This document shows, piece by piece, positions 57,910 through 64,000 of a stretch of 64,000 bases of DNA. The notes beneath the pieces are model-generated. The model was not told the origin of the DNA. It saw only the letters and a list, made by a program, of their open reading frames with translations, and made no database searches. The DNA is from Eledone cirrhosa (Eukaryota). Both the position numbers and the translations under genes were made by a program. The stretch is taken from positions 16,554,001 to 16,618,000 of the forward strand of contig OZ024742.1 in NCBI GenBank assembly GCA_964016885.1. Reading direction: 5' to 3'. How positions within the stretch are numbered: the first letter of the stretch is position 1; each line of letters begins with the position of its first letter.

Positions 57910-59130
57910 CGTTTGTCCTTTTGCATTACTTTTAGGACATATCTTTTCATCGCTCTAGCTGTTTTCTAACTTCTGATCAGAATTTCTTTTCAAATAGATG
58001 ATGTCAGTCATCAAGCTAATTCATCAAATAAAAAGACACGCTGTAATGGTTGCCTTAAAGGCAGAGTATAGTGATTTAGAGATTGCTCACTTCCTGAAAG
58101 TTGTAAGGTCATTCGATGTCAAAGTTTTAAAAGAGCTGGAAGTTGCTGTCGAGGATTCTTCATTAGTGGTCAAACGCAAAATGCTTGTAAAGGGTCTTAA
58201 TATCATCAGAACACCCATATTTCTAAGAAAGGGCACTGAAAAAAAATATCTATAAGGGCCCCAGAAAGTCAATTAACGCCATTGCTAAGAACCTCAAGGT
58301 TTGAAAACTATCGAGAGAATAGTGCCTGAGGACCTTCGATGCAAGCTATATGTGATGCGGAGGGGACAAGTCATGCCTGAACAGACGAAAGATAACCGTC
58401 TGATCTGCGACAATCGATTGTTGAACAAGTTGAAATAACAAGAGCATGGAAGACTTTGGTTTTTTTCTCAGATGAAAGAAACTTTGATCAGGACCAAAAT
58501 GTCAACCAAAAGAATGATAGATAGTTATGGAGAGACCCTAAAGATGTTCCAACGGTCATGCATACACGTTTCCTGGCAACCATGATTGTTTTGGGAGTCG
58601 TGAGCAGCGAGGGTCATATCATGTCTCCTCACTTGTTTCCTCAGGGCTTAAGGGTCAATACTGCCCACTATAAGGTTATATTGTAGAGGGCTGTGAATCG
58701 TACGCCTACTAATAAAGCTCTGCGTTGTCTCAGAAGACGATGACAACCCAAGAATGAATGAATTACAATCTCCATGATCACGTCATCCCCAAAATAAGGC
58801 CTCCTAGCTCTCCAGACAATAATCTACTTATGGAGTACAACTTATGTGACGTATGTGAGAGGCCAATCAATGACCCCATAAAGCTATATCTGAAGTTTGC
58901 CATAACTAGCACAATTTACAAAAAAAAATAGAGATTATCTGATTAGAGCATGTCAACGTTTCAGGCTTCATATTGAAGCAGTCTTTGATCTAACGGTGGA
59001 TTCATTAAAGAGATGCAGGAATCTCAAGATTATTCAATGCCAATATTCATTCAAATACATTTCTTACTTCATGACATACGCGTTTTTTACTAAATTCATA
59101 CAAATGTCTTCAAAGAAATGAGCAACCTTG
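57905..59130 (+). mobile_element. Decayed Tc1/mariner-superfamily transposon (maT/DD37D-like)
   Basis: HTH-like N-terminus in ORF 57998..58255, then FFSDE/KNFDQDQNVNQKNDR, VLGVVSSEGHIMSPHLFPQGLRVN and PPSSPD, with stops and frameshifts; subfamily is inferred. Confidence 0.8.
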
Positions 59131-59140
59131 GAGGGATGTT

Positions 59141-59450
59141 TGCTCTCTCTCTCTCCCTCTCTCTCTATCTCTCCCCTTCTTTCTCTCTCTCTTTCTCTTT
59201 CTCTCTCCCTCTCTCTCACTATGTCTCTATATCCCCCCCTCTCTCTCTCTCCCTCACTATGTCTCTATACCCCCTCTCTCCCTCTGTCTCTCCCTCCGTC
59301 TCTATCTCCCCCTCTCTCTCCCTCTCTCCCCCCACTCTCTCTCTCTTTCTCTCTCTTTCTCTCTCTTTCCCTCTGTCTCTCTCTCTCCATCTCTCCCTCC
59401 CCCTCTATCTCTCCTCCCCCTCTCTCTCCCTCTGTCTCTATCTCTCTCTC
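59141..59450. repeat. Degenerate (CT)n polypyrimidine tract
   Basis: Directly visible. Confidence 0.95.
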
Positions 59451-59942
59451 TATCAACACACACACGCACATATTTGGCGTTGCCTAAGTTCATATATAAT
59501 TCAGAGTACGTCAATAATCATGGAATATCTCGGTCTTCCGATGCCGTTAGGAATACATATTTTCCGTCTGAATTCCTTTATAATAGAAATATTCCTGTGA
59601 TATTATAGACTCTCTTATACATTATAATATTGTGTTTCTGTAAATATTAGTTTCAATTAAATCCTACAATCATATTTAATATGAACATGCTATTCCCTCA
59701 ACAGAGAATTGTGAACAACTTTTCAACCAGTTCATAATAATTCTTAAACCAACCACCTTAGATATTTGTTAGCATTAGACTCTATACTTTTAATATGGTC
59801 AAACATGGACGGAAATATAGTTACAGGAAGAATAAAAGATCATAATAAAAGCCACAATTTTAGACAATTTTAGCTGGGCAAAACGTCGCAGTAAAATATG
59901 ACATATTTCATTTAAATACCATGATTAATAATTAAAACAATA

Positions 59943-60327
59943 TACGAGGTTCAGCTGAAAGGTTCAAAGGTTCAAAAGGATCTCATTGGTGAAGGAGCTT
60001 TCATCGGTGTTGCAGTGCTTGGATCTCATTGGTGAAGGAGCTTTCATCGGTGTTGCAGTGCTTGGATCTCATTGGTGAAGGAGCTTTCATCGGTGTTGCA
60101 GTGCTTGGATCTCATTGGTGAAGGAGCTTTCATCGGTGTTGCAGTGCTTGGATCTCATTGGTGAAGGAGCTTTCATCGGTGTTGCAGTGCTTGGATCTCA
60201 TTGGTGAAGGAGCTTTCATCCTATTCGTATCACCAACAGTAGATATGACGCCATCATCACTGCGATACTGGTTCCAAACCAAGTGTTTTTTTCATGTTGC
60301 GGAACAGATAATAGTCATATGGGGGTC
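59943..60327 (-). mobile_element. mariner 3' fragment
   Basis: TIR-like TACGAGG start; minus-strand PYDYYLFRNMKK and DESSFTNEIQALQHR resemble a mariner transposase C-terminus. Confidence 0.65.
59978..60219. repeat. Perfect 43-bp tandem repeat, ~5.6 copies
   Basis: GGATCTCATTGGTGAAGGAGCTTTCATCGGTGTTGCAGTGCTT starting at 59978, 60021, 60064, 60107, 60150 and 60193 (partial). Confidence 0.97.
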
Positions 60328-60353
60328 AAACACACACACACACATACTTACAC

Positions 60354-60385
<32 letters not shown>

Positions 60386-60531
60386 TATACTCTACACATC
60401 ATATATATGGACGTAAGTATGACTAAATACTTAAGAAGTTAGTATAAAAATTATGAGATCTCAGGTTCGATCCCATTGCCTGACATATCGTAAACTGACG
60501 TCGTTATCATAGCCAGGGGTTGCCAAAATCA

Positions 60532-60568
<37 letters not shown>

Positions 60569-60635
60569 ATAAACTTATACACACACACATATATATAGAG
60601 AGAGCAAAAATCACGAGCACTCTATCTCAAAATTA

Positions 60636-60671
60636 TTTTTGAAAAGCATAAGAAATGCGCAACCGGTAAAA
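60636..60671 (+). ncRNA. Degenerate hammerhead-like motif (GCAA in place of GAAA)
   Basis: TTT-TTGAAAA-GCAT-AAGAA-ATGC-GCAA-CCGG-TA/AAA. Confidence 0.5.
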
Positions 60672-60864
60672 ACTTAAAACTAAAACTGAATACTAACTAA
60701 TACGTATTACTAACTAATACTTATTACTAATTTATACTTATTCCTAATTAAACTATTTTTCACTGGGAAAAATTTGTCAGCATTTTCTTCTCCTTTTTAC
60801 TAATATATCACAACTCGTGTGTCACACCTTTATTTTATTTTTTAAAATATATTTATATATATAT

Positions 60865-61104
60865 AGAAAAAAAGATGAAATCGAAAATGCAACTGGAGTC
60901 TTATTTAAAAAAATATATATATATTTATTTAGTTTTTCTCACATGTGAGAAAAACCACAGACCCTCCATCTGAACTCTACTTTTGAAAAGCAGAAGAACT
61001 GCGAAACCGGTAAAGGAACCAAATAAATATATATATTTTTAAAAAAATAAGACTCCAGTTGCATTTTCGATTTCATCTTTTTTTCTTTATACTTTCACTC
61101 GTGT
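60865..61104 (+). mobile_element. Solo PLE pLTR with inverted extension
   Basis: 60865-60930 is the inverted copy of ~61022-61086; 24-bp junction palindrome at 60932-60955; homologous to 55430-55576. Confidence 0.75.
60980..61015 (+). ncRNA. Minimal hammerhead ribozyme, U3-A8 core
   Basis: CTT-TTGAAAA-GCAG-AAGAA-CTGC-GAAA-CCGG-TA/AAG: palindromic stem III ACCGGT, GUA site. Confidence 0.72.
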
Positions 61105-61319
61105 TGCCTAAGTACAAAGCGAAACCTACAGTCAGTAGGCACCTCTAACAAAACTACACCCCGTCCCACTACCCCCACCCCATCCACACCACCCCTTCCA
61201 ATGTAAAGTTATGTTGGTACCACAACATCCAGTCCGAAACAAATGAGGTCGTGTAGGTGTCACGACAAAAAAACACACAGTCCGCGCTGTAATGTGGCCG
61301 TGTAGGTAACACGGTAAAA

Positions 61320-61502
61320 CCTCCCAGTCCACACTGTAAACGTGGTTGGTGTTAGGAAGGGCATCCAGCCAAAGAAAACCCGCCAGACAGTCCTATACGA
61401 GCAAGACAACCAATCTTGCCTCAAGTGGGAAAATTCCCGTCCAAACCCATGCTAGCTAGCGTGGAAGATGGACGTTAAACGATGATGATGATGATGATGA
61501 TG

Positions 61503-61504
<2 letters not shown>
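61320..61504 (+). mobile_element. SINE/LINE-like 3' end with (GAT)n tail
   Basis: GGTTGGTGTTAGGAAGGGCATCCAGCC...GGACGTTAAAC followed by (GAT)8. Confidence 0.6.
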
Positions 61505-61533
<29 letters not shown>

Positions 61534-61537
<4 letters not shown>

Positions 61538-62443
61538 AATTAATATGTATGTGATGAAACACAGATACCAACACATCTGTATATATATTGCAAAAGAAAA
61601 ATTTAGCCAGATTGAAGTATACTAATTATTATACTACAGTTTGTCCATATCGATTTAAAATAATAAATCAACGAAGACGAACTGTATTGCCAAGAGGCTG
61701 TGATGTTTAGACACATTTAAATTTCAAAATCAAACCTGTTCCGTAGATAAGTTTAAACTTTAAGATCCAAATATGTTTCGAGTTAAATAAGTGTAGGAAT
61801 ATCATGTCCTGCCCTCCTCAGTAAACATCCAGGGACAAATTGATATGCTTCACTTCTAAATAATTTAAAAGACTGCGTGACGCACATGGTTTTACAGTAT
61901 CTAACTAGTCTCATAACCGTACTGCTAGAAATAACAGTCGTATATATGAGGCGGCTTGCAGCTCAAACTAGGAGCAGTTAAAATTAATAAGGTAATGAAT
62001 TCTTTTACAATGGAATTAGCTCGAAGGAGGAAAATACCCCCTGAACAGTGTATAAATTAATATGTATGTGATGAAACACAGATACCAACACATCTGTATA
62101 TATATTGCAAAAGAAAACTTTAGCCAGATTGAAGTATACTAATTATTATACTACAGTTTGTCCATATCGATTTAAAATAATAAATCAACGAAGACGAACT
62201 GTATTGCCAAGAGGCTGTGATGTTTAGACACATTTAAATTTCAAAATCAAACCTGTTCCGTAGATAAGGACAAACTGTAGTATAATAATTAGTATACTTC
62301 AATCTGGCTAAATTTTTCTTTTGCAATATATATACAGATGTGTTGGTATCTGTGTTTCATCACATACATATTAATTTATACACTGCTCAGGGGGTATTTT
62401 CCTCCTTCGAGCTAATTCCATTGTAAAAGAATTCATTACCTTA

Positions 62444-62448
<5 letters not shown>
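61534..62448 (-). mobile_element. Non-coding PLE-pLTR/retrozyme-like element with direct and inverted duplications
   Basis: 61534-61751 resembles 62051-62268 (period 517 bp); 62268-62448 is the inverted copy of 61984-62163; (TA)n flanks. Confidence 0.8.
61766..61825 (-). ncRNA. Type I hammerhead ribozyme, slightly degenerate
   Basis: Minus strand TTTA-CTGAGGA-GGG...CTC-GAAA-CATA-TT/TGGA; one stem III mismatch. Confidence 0.6.
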
Positions 62449-62479
<31 letters not shown>

Positions 62480-62868
62480 TGGAAGCTTAGCAAAATCTAA
62501 GCTTTGGCTGCGGCCAAGCAAAGCGACCTACAATTAGGAATGAGTAGCAAAGCACTCAATAAGGTAGAGCCTTAGACTAATAACATACGTTTAGCCAGCT
62601 TGACAAATTGAAAATTGCGACAGGCAAACCCAGCCATACAATACCAAAACAACGAAAAAACTAATCAGGTTAGACAACAGACCTGGAAAAATCGAACGAT
62701 ATTCTGCAATACGTATGATATATTTCTATTAATCCGAAATCATCAATCCAACTTGCGTAATATGTAAGCTTGTGGTATTTTATGATCGAACAGGGGATTC
62801 ACATCATCGACAGGTATTTCGTTCTATGCCTCAAGTCGGTTCCCCCCCTCTCTCTCTCTCTCTCACAT

Positions 62869-62899
<31 letters not shown>

Positions 62900-64000
62900 C
62901 AGGGGTTGGACAAAATAATGGAAACACCTAGCCTCATAGCATCATAATTTTGCAATATCTATAAAACCGTTAAAAGCTTGTTTATTTTTATGTTTTTTTA
63001 TTTATTATTAGTGTTGTTTAATATGTCTTGTTAAAATTGCTGTTTCTTTTCAGATATCATCAGAAAAAGGCAATTAAAATTCATTAAAATGACAGATGTA
63101 TTGGACTTTCAAAGAGGTCAAATTGTTGGTGATCGTATGGCAGGCGCTGGCGTAACGAAAACAGCAAAAATGTTTGGTGTATCAAGAAGTACTGTCTCGA
63201 AAGTAATGGCAGCCTTTGAGAAAGAGGGAAAAACCTCCTCGTCGAAACAAAACTTCGGAAGAAAACCAAAACTTTCAGATAGGGACAGTCGGACTCTTAC
63301 GCGAATTGTTAGAAAGGATCACAAAAGTACAGCTCCCAAAATTACTGCAGAGCTTAATGACCACCCCGACAACCCAGTTTCCACAAAAACTGTTCGCCGG
63401 GAGCTGCACAAAGCCGGATTTCACGGGAGGGCTGCAATCAGAAAACACTACTTTCAAAAACAAACGTTACAAAGCGTTTAAAGTGGAGAAAAGAACCTAC
63501 AGAATTGGTCCCTAGAGCAGTGGAAGAATGTTATTTTCTCGGACGAGTCATCCGTTACCTTATTTCCGACCACCGGCCGAGTATAAGTGTGGAGACAGCC
63601 AAAAGAAGCATTTGACACAGACTGCCTTCTTCCAACTGTTAAACATGGAGGAGGATCTGTGATGATCTGGGGGTCTATATCTTGGAAATCCACCGGCCCA
63701 ATGGTTTCCCTTCATGGCAGAATTAATAGTCAAGACTATTTAAGCATTTTATCTTATCAAATTCATCCTATGGTTGCGGAACTGTTTCTGGGGGAAAACG
63801 CAATCTTTTAGGATGATAATGCACCAATTCACACAGCTAAAGTTGTTACTGAATGGCACGAGGAACATCCCCAGATCTCAATATTGAACATTTATGGTGC
63901 ATTTTAGAAAAACAAGTAAGGCGTCGATATCCTTCACCATTATCACTACAAGAACTGGAGACTGTTTTAGCTGAAGAATGGACAAACATTCCTTGAAAAA
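62900..64000 (+). mobile_element. Tc1-family transposon with disrupted transposase, running off the window
   Basis: TA followed by TIR CAGGGGTTGGACAAAATAATGGAAACACC; ORF from 63089 with HTH and GRKPKLS, then FSDES, PTVKHGGGSVMIWG, DNAPIH and PDLN; frameshift and stops. Confidence 0.93.

Noticed and set aside
60932-60955. Link between this 24-bp palindrome and the 31-bp minisatellite (shared TCTCACATGTGAGA)
   Set aside because: The homologous site near 55567 is not palindromic, so the fold-back junction explains it; no flanking similarity to the minisatellite.

Overview
Repeat-dominated, AT-rich animal genomic DNA. The SINE family and the dense (TA)n/(CA)n/(GA)n microsatellites suggest an octopod cephalopod (inference). 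No intact host gene was recognised. Bases 1-39333 are one uninterrupted 42-bp satellite (~935 units, consensus GATGTTGACAACTGTAGTATTAACAATGATGGTAGTGACAGT) with multi-kb higher-order duplications; its long ORFs follow from an RNY-triplet unit. Bases 39.3-64 kb hold a 31-bp palindromic minisatellite, an RTE LINE fragment, three tRNA-derived SINEs, a MITE, two Penelope-like (PLE) remnants and three Tc1/mariner relics. The main unannotated signal is about eleven minimal type I hammerhead ribozyme motifs from several unrelated sequence families within 49.7-61.8 kb, six with the U3-A8 core variant. They sit in short direct-repeat or fold-back elements between (TA)n tracts. One tandem pair 591 bp apart has the layout of a retrozyme that could release a circularisable RNA. 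All folds were derived by eye and are untested.
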